Assembly (NCBI GenBank): GCA_036000105.1 | Contig: DASYGE010000002.1 | Span: 264,793 to 328,792 of the forward strand | Length of the DNA: 64,000 nucleotides | From: Gammaproteobacteria bacterium | GTDB lineage: Bacteria; Pseudomonadota; Gammaproteobacteria; Natronospirales; REEB76 | Direction: 5' to 3' | In this document: positions 34,352 through 42,411 of the stretch, piece by piece | Numbering within the stretch: position 1 is the first letter of the stretch | Layout of the letters: each line of letters opens with the position of its first letter | The notes under the pieces: model-generated | The model's input: the letters and a program-made list of their open reading frames with translations, nothing else | Database searches by the model: none | Told to the model about the DNA's origin: nothing | Program-made: the position numbers and the translations under genes

Positions 34352-35664
34352 TGCAGCAACAGGAATTCGCCAAGCGCCGCCGTGAGCTCATGCGCATGAT
34401 GGGCGAGGGTGCCATCGCCATCGTGCCGGCGGCCCGCGAGAAGATCCGCAACCGCGACAGCCACTACCCCTTCCGCCAGGACAGCGACTTCCACTACCTC
34501 ACGGGCTTCCCGGAACCGGATGCGGTGGCGGTGCTGGTGCCCGGACGCCGCCAAGCGGAGTACATCCTGTTCTGCCGCGACCGGGATCCGAAGATGGAGA
34601 CCTGGAACGGACGGCGCGCGGGACCAGACGGCGCGACCAAGACTTACGGCGCCGACGATGCCTTCCCGGTGGGCGACATCGACGACATCCTCCCCGGACT
34701 CATGGAGGGCTGCACCCGGGTGTTCTACACCATGGGCGCCTATCCCGAATTCGATAAGAATGTGATCGCCTGGGTGAACCAGCTGCGGGCCCAGTACCGC
34801 ACCGGCATGCAGTCGCCCCAGGAGTTCGTGGCGCTGGACCATCTGTTGCACGACATGCGCCTCTACAAGAGCCGTGCCGAAGCAGATGTGATGCGCGCGG
34901 CCGCGGCGGTCTCGGTCACCGCTCACGAGCGTGCCATGCGCGTATGCCGCCCCGGCATGAACGAGGCGGAGCTGGAAGCGGAGTTCCTGCATGAGTTCCG
35001 TCGTCGCGGCGGAACTTCTGCTTATAACCCCATCGTGGGCGGCGGGGAGAACGGCTGCATCCTGCATTACAACGAGAACAACCAGCCCCTCAAGGATGGG
35101 GAGCTGGTGCTCATCGACGCTGCCTGCGAACTGGATTGTTATGCCTCGGACATCACCCGCACCTTCCCGGTGAACGGGCGCTATACGCCGGAGCAGCGGG
35201 CGATCTATGACATCGTGCTGAAGGCACAGCTCGCAGCTATAGCCAAGGCCCGCCCCGGCAACCACTGGAACGCGCCCCACGAGGAGGCGGTGAAGGTGAT
35301 CACTGCGGGTCTGGTGAAACTCGGCCTGCTCAAGGGCTCCATCCCCAAGCTAATCAAGGACGAGGCCTACAAGACCTACTACATGCACCGCACCGGCCAC
35401 TGGCTGGGGCTCGATGTGCACGACGTGGGCGACTACAAGGTGGGCGAGGAGTGGCGGGAACTCGAGCCCGGCATGGTGCTGACAGTGGAACCGGGCATCT
35501 ACGTGACCCCCGGCACCAAGGGTGCGCCCAAGCATTTCCAGGGCATAGGCGTGCGCATCGAGGACGATGTGCTGGTGACCGACGGGGAGCCGGAAGTGCT
35601 CACGGGCGGGCTCATCAAGGACGCGGATGCCGTGGAGGCCTTCATGGCCGAGAGAGCAGCATGA
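34351..35664 (+). CDS. pepP: Xaa-Pro aminopeptidase
   Basis: MQQQEFAKRRRELMRMM..., FRQDSDFHYLTGF, HRTGHWLGLDVHD, and GIGVRIEDDVLVT near the C-terminus. The start overlaps the ygfB stop (TGATG). Confidence 0.95.
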   Translation: MQQQEFAKRRRELMRMMGEGAIAIVPAAREKIRNRDSHYPFRQDSDFHYLTGFPEPDAVAVLVPGRRQAEYILFCRDRDPKMETWNGRRAGPDGATKTYGADDAFPVGDIDDILPGLMEGCTRVFYTMGAYPEFDKNVIAWVNQLRAQYRTGMQSPQEFVALDHLLHDMRLYKSRAEADVMRAAAAVSVTAHERAMRVCRPGMNEAELEAEFLHEFRRRGGTSAYNPIVGGGENGCILHYNENNQPLKDGELVLIDAACELDCYASDITRTFPVNGRYTPEQRAIYDIVLKAQLAAIAKARPGNHWNAPHEEAVKVITAGLVKLGLLKGSIPKLIKDEAYKTYYMHRTGHWLGLDVHDVGDYKVGEEWRELEPGMVLTVEPGIYVTPGTKGAPKHFQGIGVRIEDDVLVTDGEPEVLTGGLIKDADAVEAFMAERAA

Positions 35665-36896
35665 GCGGGAAATCCGCCGCTGACGAATACGATCTGCTGA
35701 TCGTGGGTAGCGGCCTGGTGGGCGCGAGCCTCGCTGCCGCGCTAGCGCCTTTGCCCCTGAAGATTGCGGTGGTGGAGGCAGTGAGCTTCGGGAGCCTCAA
35801 CCAACCGAGTTTCGACGACCGCATCACCGCCGTGTCCTATGGCAGCCGCCGCATCTTCGAGAGCATGGGCATATGGTCCAAGCTCGCGCCGGAAGCGGGA
35901 CCCATCCGCCACATCCATGTCTCGGACCGGGGCCGTTTCGGCGTGACCCGCCTGCATGCGGAAGAAGCCCGGGTGGATGCTCTGGGGTATGTGGTGCCGA
36001 ACCGGGCTATCGGCCGGGCCTTGGGCGAGTTCATCGCTGCTCAGAAGAACATCGAGATGCTGGCCCCCGCCAAGCTCGAATCCTTCACCCTGGGTGAGAC
36101 CGGCGTGGAAGCGGTGATCGAAGCGGGCGGGAAGCGCAGCTTGAAGGCCAAGCTCCTGGTGGCGGCTGACGGTGCCCGCTCGGAGGTACGTGGCAAGCTC
36201 GGCATCGCCGGCGAGACGGTGGACTACGCCCAGACCGCCATCGTGTGCAATGTACGGGTAGAGCACCCGCAGGCCGAGACGGCGTTCGAGCGCTTCGCGG
36301 ATGACGGCCCGGTGGCCCTCCTGCCCATGGGCGGCGATCGCTACGGCTTCGTGTGGGTCGCGACCACGGCGGATGCGCCCGCCATCTTGGGACTCGACGA
36401 TGCGGCCTTCCGCGTCCAGGCAGCGGAACGTTTCAACGGACGCCTCGGGCGCTTCATGGAATCCGGCAAGCGTGTGAGCTATCCCTTGAGCATGGTGCGG
36501 GCCAGCGCCCAAGTGCAGGGCCGCGCGCTCATCATCGGCAATGCGGCTCACAGCCTGCATCCCATCGCGGGTCAGGGCTTCAACCTCTCGCTACGGGACG
36601 TGGCCATGCTGGCGGAAGTGCTCTCGGATGCACGCCGCGACGGCGAGGATCTCGGCAGCAGCACGGTGCTCGCGCGCTACGTGGAAGGGCGCAGCGGCGA
36701 CCAGCAGGGCACAGCGGTGTTCACGGACTTGCTCAACCGGGTGTTCGCCAATCCACTCATGAGCGTGGCGCTCGGAAGGAACATGGGCCTGCTTGCGCTG
36801 GAACTCATGCCAACCGCCCGGCGATTCCTCATGCGGCACAACATGGGCCTCGGCGGACGCTTGCCGAAACTCGCCCGCGGTCTGCCTTTGCCATGA
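35661..36896 (+). CDS. ubiH: 2-octaprenyl-6-methoxyphenol hydroxylase (FAD monooxygenase)
   Basis: YDLLIVGSGLVGASLA FAD fold. GNAAHSLHPIAGQGFNL motif. ATGA overlap with pepP. Confidence 0.85.
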   Translation: MSGKSAADEYDLLIVGSGLVGASLAAALAPLPLKIAVVEAVSFGSLNQPSFDDRITAVSYGSRRIFESMGIWSKLAPEAGPIRHIHVSDRGRFGVTRLHAEEARVDALGYVVPNRAIGRALGEFIAAQKNIEMLAPAKLESFTLGETGVEAVIEAGGKRSLKAKLLVAADGARSEVRGKLGIAGETVDYAQTAIVCNVRVEHPQAETAFERFADDGPVALLPMGGDRYGFVWVATTADAPAILGLDDAAFRVQAAERFNGRLGRFMESGKRVSYPLSMVRASAQVQGRALIIGNAAHSLHPIAGQGFNLSLRDVAMLAEVLSDARRDGEDLGSSTVLARYVEGRSGDQQGTAVFTDLLNRVFANPLMSVALGRNMGLLALELMPTARRFLMRHNMGLGGRLPKLARGLPLP

Positions 36897-38098
36897 AATA
36901 CGATTTTGATCTAGCGATCGTAGGCGGAGGCGTGGTAGGTGCAGCGCTCGCCTGCGCTTTGAAAGACAGTGGTCTCTCCATCGCGCTATTGGATGCGCAA
37001 GACCCGAAACCCTTCGATGCGAAAGCCGAGGTGGACTTGAGGGTATTCGCGCTCTCGATGGCGAGCCGGCGCATCCTGCAGGCAGTGGGGGCCTGGGATA
37101 CGGTGGCCGCTGCGCGCATCTCGCCCTATCGGGACATGCATGTGTGGGATGCACAAGGCGAAGGCAGCATCCATTTCGACAGCGCGGCTTTGGGTGAACC
37201 CGAGTTGGGCTACATCGTGGAGAACCGCCTCCTGCAACACGCTCTGTGGGCGCAACTCAAAGATCAACGGCAGGTGACGCTCCTGCATCCGGCCCAAGCG
37301 GAAGCCCTCAGCCTCGTGGATGAAGGCGCGACCCTCAGCGTGAGCGGCGGGAAGCGTTTGAAGGCCAGGCTCGTGGTGGCGGCGGATGGTGCCGCCTCCG
37401 CCACCCGCGGTCTCGCGGGCATCGAGGTGGAGAACGAGCTCTATGGGCAGCGGGCGGTGGTGGCCCATGTGCGTACCGAGTTGCCCCATCAGGCCACCGC
37501 CTGGCAGCGTTTCATGCCCACGGGGCCCCTGGCCTTCCTGCCGCTCGCCGACGGGCGCGTCTCGGTGGTGTGGTCCGCGGATGAGATGGAAGCGGAGCGC
37601 GTCCTGGCGCTCGATGACACGGCTTTCTGCGCCGCACTCACGGATGCGAGCGCATCGCGTTTGGGCAAGGTGCAGAGCACCACTCCGCGGCTGGCCTTCC
37701 CGCTCCAGAAGCTGCACGCCCGGGAGTATGTGCGGCCCCGTTTCGCCTTGGCGGGCGACGCTGCCCACGCGGTGCACCCGCTGGCGGGGCAGGGAGTGAA
37801 CCTTGGATTGTTGGACGCGGCCGCATTGGCGGAAGTGATCACGGATGCGGCGCGCCGCGGACGTGACATCGGCAATCACGGCGTGCTGCGACGCTACGAA
37901 CGTTGGCGGAAAGGCGAAAATCTGGCGATGATTATCGCGCTAGACGGCTTTAAACGCCTTTTCAGCAACGATGTTGCACCACTACCTATGTTGCGCAACG
38001 CAGGATTACGCGCTGTAGAGCGTTTTACGCCGCTTAAGCACGCGTTTTTGCGCCGTGCCATGGGTTTGAGCGGTGATTTGCCCGCTTTGGCGCGCTGA
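36893..38098 (+). CDS. ubiI: UbiH/UbiI(VisC)/UbiF-family FAD-dependent ubiquinone hydroxylase
   Basis: FDLAIVGGGVVGAALA. GDAAHAVHPLAGQGVNLG. ATGA overlap with ubiH. The position matches visC. Confidence 0.8.
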   Translation: MKYDFDLAIVGGGVVGAALACALKDSGLSIALLDAQDPKPFDAKAEVDLRVFALSMASRRILQAVGAWDTVAAARISPYRDMHVWDAQGEGSIHFDSAALGEPELGYIVENRLLQHALWAQLKDQRQVTLLHPAQAEALSLVDEGATLSVSGGKRLKARLVVAADGAASATRGLAGIEVENELYGQRAVVAHVRTELPHQATAWQRFMPTGPLAFLPLADGRVSVVWSADEMEAERVLALDDTAFCAALTDASASRLGKVQSTTPRLAFPLQKLHAREYVRPRFALAGDAAHAVHPLAGQGVNLGLLDAAALAEVITDAARRGRDIGNHGVLRRYERWRKGENLAMIIALDGFKRLFSNDVAPLPMLRNAGLRAVERFTPLKHAFLRRAMGLSGDLPALAR

Positions 38099-38163
38099 AG
38101 CGCAGTTTTGGACGCTTCAAGGCGATTCTAGACGCATGAATAGCACGGCTAGAAACGATTTCT

Positions 38164-38230
38164 AACCATCCCTGGTGTGCCGACCAGCCCCGACATCCCT
38201 GTCGGGTCGTTCGCCGCATGCGGCGAACCC
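38164..38230 (-). repeat. modular hairpin repeat, long form (copy A2), not next to a tRNA
   Basis: The minus strand reads GTTCGCCGCATGCGGCGAAC-GAC-CCGACAGGGATGTCGGG-GCTGGTCGG-CACACCAGGGATGG, co-linear with the copies upstream of tRNA-Gln and tRNA-Ser. Confidence 0.75.
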
Positions 38231-38270
38231 TCTTGCGAGGGGTTTTTATTCGTCCGAAGTTCAGGTGTAT

Positions 38271-38612
38271 TCACTTATCTCTGATCAGTTTGTTCACCTT
38301 GGTCGCGCAGATGAAGTCGTTTTCCGACAGCCCGCCGATGGCGTGGGTGGTGTAGCGCACCAGGCAGTGGTTGTAGCCCACTTCCAGGTCCGGGTGGTGG
38401 CCTTCCTGGTTGGCGATCCAGGCCACCGCGTTCACAAAACCCATGACGCCGTGGAAACCCTTGAACTTGAAGTCCCGGCGGAGTTCCTTGGCGTCAGGGC
38501 TGAGTTCCCACTCTTTGGCCCAACTGTCCATGTAGCGCTCGGATTCTTCGCGGGTGAGGGGGCTGATGCCGCCCTCGCACGGTACGCAATGCTTCTCGGC
38601 TAAATCAGTCAT
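38271..38612 (-). CDS. phhB: 4a-hydroxytetrahydrobiopterin (pterin-4a-carbinolamine) dehydratase
   Basis: Internal ATG. ...GFVNAVAWIANQEGHHPDLEVGYNHCLVRYTTH... is the PCD signature. Confidence 0.9.
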   Translation of the reverse strand: MTDLAEKHCVPCEGGISPLTREESERYMDSWAKEWELSPDAKELRRDFKFKGFHGVMGFVNAVAWIANQEGHHPDLEVGYNHCLVRYTTHAIGGLSENDFICATKVNKLIRDK

Positions 38613-38633
38613 GGAAACCTCGTAGTTCTTAAT

Positions 38634-38756
38634 TCGAAAACGTCTATTTTGCCCCGAATACTGCGTTGCGGCGCTTTCCCCGGTGCTCATTACCGATTTG
38701 GTAACTCCGCTCTCGGAAAGCGCCGCGCCTTGTCTCGGGCCAAAATAGTCGTTTCG
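38634..38756. repeat. ERIC-like imperfect-palindrome repeat, copy 3 (phhA-phhB intergenic)
   Basis: TIRs CGAAAACGTCTATTTTGCCCCGA / TCGGGCCAAAATAGTCGTTTCG. Core (reverse strand) GGAGTTACCAAATCGGTAATGAGCAC. Confidence 0.6.
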
Positions 38757-38772
38757 TGGGTTGATCCAGTGT

Positions 38773-39579
38773 TCAGGCCCAGCTGACTTTCTTCTCAGCG
38801 GGCGGGAAATTGGGTTGGTACATGCCGAGCTTCTCGGCTTCGGCGATGAGGTCGAACAGATCCCGGTGGGCCAGCTCGAACATGTCTTCCAGGCTGTCGA
38901 TGGTGAAATACGTGGTCTGGAAGATGTCGATGCGGTAGGGCGTGCGCAGCGCCTCCACCGGGTCGAAAGGCTTGCGGACGGGCTTGGGGCTCTCGATGGA
39001 ATAGGGTGTCTCGCCGAAAGAAGAGACGATGCCCGCGCCGTAGGTCTTCATGCCCTTGGCGGTGTTGATCAGACCGAACTCCACGGTGAACCAGTAGAGC
39101 CGCGCCAGCTTCACATGGTCTTCCTTGCGGGCCCGCACGCCGGCTTTGCCGTAAGCGTGGGTGAACTCGGCGAAGCGCGGGTCCGTGAGCAGCGGCGTAT
39201 GGCCGAAGATCTCGTGGAAGATGTCCGGCTCCTGCAGGTAATCCATCTCTTCGCGGCTGCGGATGAAAGACGCGGCAGGGAACTTCTTGTCGGCGAGCAG
39301 GGCGAAGAACTGACCGAAGGGGATCAGGGCCGGCACCGGTTCCACTTCCCAACCGGTGTGCTTCTTCAGCACCGCCGAGACTTCGTTGCACTGGGGGATG
39401 CGGTCCGTGGGGAAGCGCATGGCATCCAGGGCTTCCAGGTATTCGGGGCAGGCGTATTTCTCCACGAGGGGCCGCTGGCGGGTGATGAGGTCATGCCAGA
39501 CGGCGTGCTCATCGTCGCTATAGGCTATATAGCCTTTAGCGTCCGGCACCTTGGCAACATATTTGCTGCTTTTACCCAT
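38773..39579 (-). CDS. phhA: phenylalanine 4-monooxygenase
   Basis: 268 aa. ...EPDIFHEIFGHTPLL... iron-binding motif. Pseudomonas PhhA-like. Confidence 0.92.
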   Translation of the reverse strand: MGKSSKYVAKVPDAKGYIAYSDDEHAVWHDLITRQRPLVEKYACPEYLEALDAMRFPTDRIPQCNEVSAVLKKHTGWEVEPVPALIPFGQFFALLADKKFPAASFIRSREEMDYLQEPDIFHEIFGHTPLLTDPRFAEFTHAYGKAGVRARKEDHVKLARLYWFTVEFGLINTAKGMKTYGAGIVSSFGETPYSIESPKPVRKPFDPVEALRTPYRIDIFQTTYFTIDSLEDMFELAHRDLFDLIAEAEKLGMYQPNFPPAEKKVSWA

Positions 39580-39594
39580 GAATTCGTACTGCCT

Positions 39595-39723
39595 CTAAAA
39601 ATGGGTCTTTTGCCCTCTGGCGTTGTTGCACCTAGCCTCGAACTCCTCACGTACTCTTAAAGTACGCTCCGGGTTCTCGGCCGTTCGCGCCTAGCCAGAG
39701 TCCAAAATCCCTCATTTTTCGAG
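39595..39723. repeat. ERIC-like imperfect-palindrome repeat, copy 4 (16 nt upstream of the phhA start)
   Basis: TIRs CTAAAAATGGGTCTTTTGCCCTCTGG / CCAGAGTCCAAAATCCCTCATTTTTCGAG. Core (reverse strand) GGAGCGTACTTTAAGAGTACGTGAG. Confidence 0.7.
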
Positions 39724-39879
39724 GGGCCTTAGCTCCTAATTAGCGCCGTTGGAGGGCGCGATTCTAGCAGGTGGGCCCCCACCGGCCGGCGGGGGTTTCC
39801 TGACCCTTATATATAGACCCCGTGGCGGGATAAAAAGCCTCGGCTCTGACTCAGGGTCAGTAAGCCGGTTTATGAGCCG

Positions 39880-41115
39880 TTAATTCCGGGGAAGATAGTG
39901 ACTTTGCACGTAATCATCCACTATCTTCTGGAAATCTGCCGATATCGTGTCGCCCTTCAAAGTGACGGTTTTTTCGCCATCCACGTAGACGGGGGCCACC
40001 GGGTGCTCTCCAGTGCCCGGCAGGCTGATGCCCACGTTGGCGTGCTTGCTCTCACCGGGGCCATTCACCACGCAACCCATGACCGCGACCTGCATCAGCT
40101 CGACGCCTTCATAGGACTTCTTCCATACAGGCATCTGGTGACGGATATAGCTCTGGATGTCCTGGGCGAGTTGCTGGAAATAGGTGCTGGTGGTGCGGCC
40201 GCAACCAGGGCAGGCGGCTACGAGAGGCATGAACGCACGCAGACCCATGGTCTGGAGGATCTCCTGGGCCACGATCACTTCCCGGGTGCGGTCGCCGCCC
40301 GGTTCCGGCGTCAGCGAGATGCGGATGGTGTCACCGATGCCCTGCTGCAAGAGCACCGAGAGGGCCGCGGTGGAGGCGACGATGCCCTTGCTGCCCATGC
40401 CGGCTTCCGTGAGGCCGAGATGCAGCGGGTAGTCGCAGCGGGAAGCGAGGCGCAGATACACGTCGATGAGATCCTGCACGCCACTCATCTTGCAGGACAG
40501 GATGATGCGGTCGTGGGCGAGACCCAGTTCCTCGGCACGTTCGGCTGAGAGCAGCGCCGAGGCCACCACGGCTTCGTGCAGGATGACCTTGGCATCTTTG
40601 GGGGCCTTGGCTTTCGCGTTCTCGTCCATCATGCGGGTGAGGAGTTCCTGATCGAGACTCCCCCAGTTCACGCCGATGCGCACGCACTTGCCGTGCTCCA
40701 GGGCCACTTCGATCATGTCGGCGAACTGGGTATCGCGCTTGGCGCCCCGGCCCACGTTGCCCGGATTGATGCGGTATTTGGTGAGGGCGGCAGCGCAAGC
40801 CGGGTGGGCCTTCAGCAGCTTGTGGCCGTTGAAATGGAAATCGCCGATGAGGGGCACGCGCACGCCCAGCGCTTCCAGCCGGTCGCGGATGTGGGGCACT
40901 GCGGCAGCGGCTTCGTCGGTGTTGACGGTGATGCGCACCAGCTCGGAACCCGCGCGGGCCAGCTCCGCCACCTGTTTGGTGGTGGAGGTGACGTCGGCGG
41001 TGTCGGTGTTGGTCATGGACTGCACCACGATGGGCGCGTCGCCTCCCACCTTCACGGTGCCGACCATCACCGGCACGCTGTGCCGGCGCTTCAGGAGCTG
41101 GATGCTGTCGTTCAT
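39880..41115 (-). CDS. ispG: 4-hydroxy-3-methylbut-2-en-1-yl diphosphate synthase
   Basis: 411 aa. [17 protein letters not shown]..., [17 protein letters not shown] motifs. Confidence 0.95.
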   Translation of the reverse strand: MNDSIQLLKRRHSVPVMVGTVKVGGDAPIVVQSMTNTDTADVTSTTKQVAELARAGSELVRITVNTDEAAAAVPHIRDRLEALGVRVPLIGDFHFNGHKLLKAHPACAAALTKYRINPGNVGRGAKRDTQFADMIEVALEHGKCVRIGVNWGSLDQELLTRMMDENAKAKAPKDAKVILHEAVVASALLSAERAEELGLAHDRIILSCKMSGVQDLIDVYLRLASRCDYPLHLGLTEAGMGSKGIVASTAALSVLLQQGIGDTIRISLTPEPGGDRTREVIVAQEILQTMGLRAFMPLVAACPGCGRTTSTYFQQLAQDIQSYIRHQMPVWKKSYEGVELMQVAVMGCVVNGPGESKHANVGISLPGTGEHPVAPVYVDGEKTVTLKGDTISADFQKIVDDYVQSHYLPRN

Positions 41116-41157
41116 GGGCCGTAAATGATACCGGAATCAGGTGGAGGGCCGGGTATC

Positions 41158-41790
41158 ATGCTCTCCATGCAGGAAACGGCAGTATTCGTACACGGCCTCT
41201 ACATGACAGGAGTCGAATTCGGGCTCCTGCGCCGGCGCGTGGAGGGCGCAGGTTTCGCCACACAGCGTTTCCATTACCACAGCTTCCTGCGCAGCGTGGA
41301 TGAGAACGCCATGTTCCTGGCGGATTACCTCAAGGGCATCGAGACCGAGAAGCTACACCTCGTGGGTCACAGCCTCGGGGGCATGGTGATCCTGCGCATG
41401 TTCGAGCGGGGCGTGGAGCTGCCGCCGGGCCGGGTGGTGTTCATGGGTGCGCCCGTGCGGGGCAGCCGTGCCGCGGTGAACCTGCAAGAACGGGGCTTGG
41501 GCTTCCTCCTGGGCCGTAGTGGGCCGGAGGGACTCACGCTCCCTCATGAAGCGGCCTGGAAAGCGCCCCGGGAACTGGGGGTGATCGCTGGTACTCATGC
41601 CTTCAGCATCAACCCTTTCCAGCCGAACATCCCGCCACCTCACGATGGCGTGGTGTCGGTGGAAGAGACGCGCATCGCGGGGGCCAAGGATTCCATCGAG
41701 CTGCATCTCGCCCATACCAGCATGCTGTTCAGCAATCTGTTGGCTGAGCAGGTGAGCGGGTTCTTGCGGGAGGGAAAATTCAAGCGTTGA
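41158..41790 (+). CDS. alpha/beta-fold hydrolase
   Basis: VFVHGL..., nucleophile elbow LVGHSLGG. The start (41158 or 41167) is uncertain. Confidence 0.75.
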   Translation: MLSMQETAVFVHGLYMTGVEFGLLRRRVEGAGFATQRFHYHSFLRSVDENAMFLADYLKGIETEKLHLVGHSLGGMVILRMFERGVELPPGRVVFMGAPVRGSRAAVNLQERGLGFLLGRSGPEGLTLPHEAAWKAPRELGVIAGTHAFSINPFQPNIPPPHDGVVSVEETRIAGAKDSIELHLAHTSMLFSNLLAEQVSGFLREGKFKR

Positions 41791-41793
41791 GAG

Positions 41794-41821
41794 ATGTCCG
41801 CTCTTGGTCGAAAGCAGACAT
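41794..41821. repeat. 28-nt palindromic hairpin element, left copy
   Basis: ATGTCCGCTCTTGGTCGAAAGCAGACAT matches 24 of 28 positions of 42376-42403. Arms ATGTC(C/T)GCT(C/T)T / AAAGCAGACAT. Confidence 0.75.
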
Positions 41822-41823
41822 CA

Positions 41824-42360
41824 TTACCTCGATTTATATTGCTTCTTTAGATCATTCATCAAGTTTGCTAAATCTAGCGCACTCATACCATAAGTATCTG
41901 GTAGTGCAGCGTCCCAACCAATCCACGCTTTATTCATTTTTGCTGCCCGATACCGCAATGTCGTTAACTGAGCAGTTGATAAGGGGCCCTTAGATACGCT
42001 CTTGAAAGCTTGAGTGTATTTCCATGCGACTACTTGGTTCTTTCCATATTGGAGAACCCCAATTTCGGAAATGTTGCTCCAAAGAATTTCGAATGATCTA
42101 AATAGGACAACCATGCGGAATCCGGATACGTTGAATTCCAGGTACGCCGCTGGAGGAAACATAAGGGTCACTGATGCAAGTGCACACAACCCAAAGAATC
42201 CTTCTAGAATGTAATTATGATGATGGTCAACACTTGACGCCCATAAACTACAAACGAAAAAAAGCATCGAGCCACATAAAAGCAGAGCTAGTTTGCGTCG
42301 GCTTGGAAACAGCCTCAGTGGAAATTTGACTGACATAACTCCCCGTAAATCTGTCTTCAA
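41824..42360 (-). CDS. AT-rich membrane protein (hypothetical; two N-terminal TM helices plus a soluble domain)
   Basis: 178 aa. Composition clearly more AT-rich than the flanking hydrolase and mutS genes. The start could be the M at codon 9. Confidence 0.55.
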   Translation of the reverse strand: MKTDLRGVMSVKFPLRLFPSRRKLALLLCGSMLFFVCSLWASSVDHHHNYILEGFFGLCALASVTLMFPPAAYLEFNVSGFRMVVLFRSFEILWSNISEIGVLQYGKNQVVAWKYTQAFKSVSKGPLSTAQLTTLRYRAAKMNKAWIGWDAALPDTYGMSALDLANLMNDLKKQYKSR

Positions 42361-42375
42361 TCGAAGGTTAGCTCA

Positions 42376-42403
42376 ATGTCTGCTTTTGGCCGAAAGCATA
42401 CAT
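42376..42403. repeat. 28-nt palindromic hairpin element, right copy
   Basis: ATGTCTGCTTTTGGCCGAAAGCATACAT, immediately downstream of the mutS stop. Confidence 0.75.
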
Positions 42404-42411
42404 TCGAAATA

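Noticed and set aside
41794-42403. Integron gene cassette with attC sites
   Set aside because: The flanking 28-mers are palindromic but lack the R''/R' (RYYYAAC / GTTRRRY) cores. They are much shorter than attC, and no intI gene or attI is present in the window.
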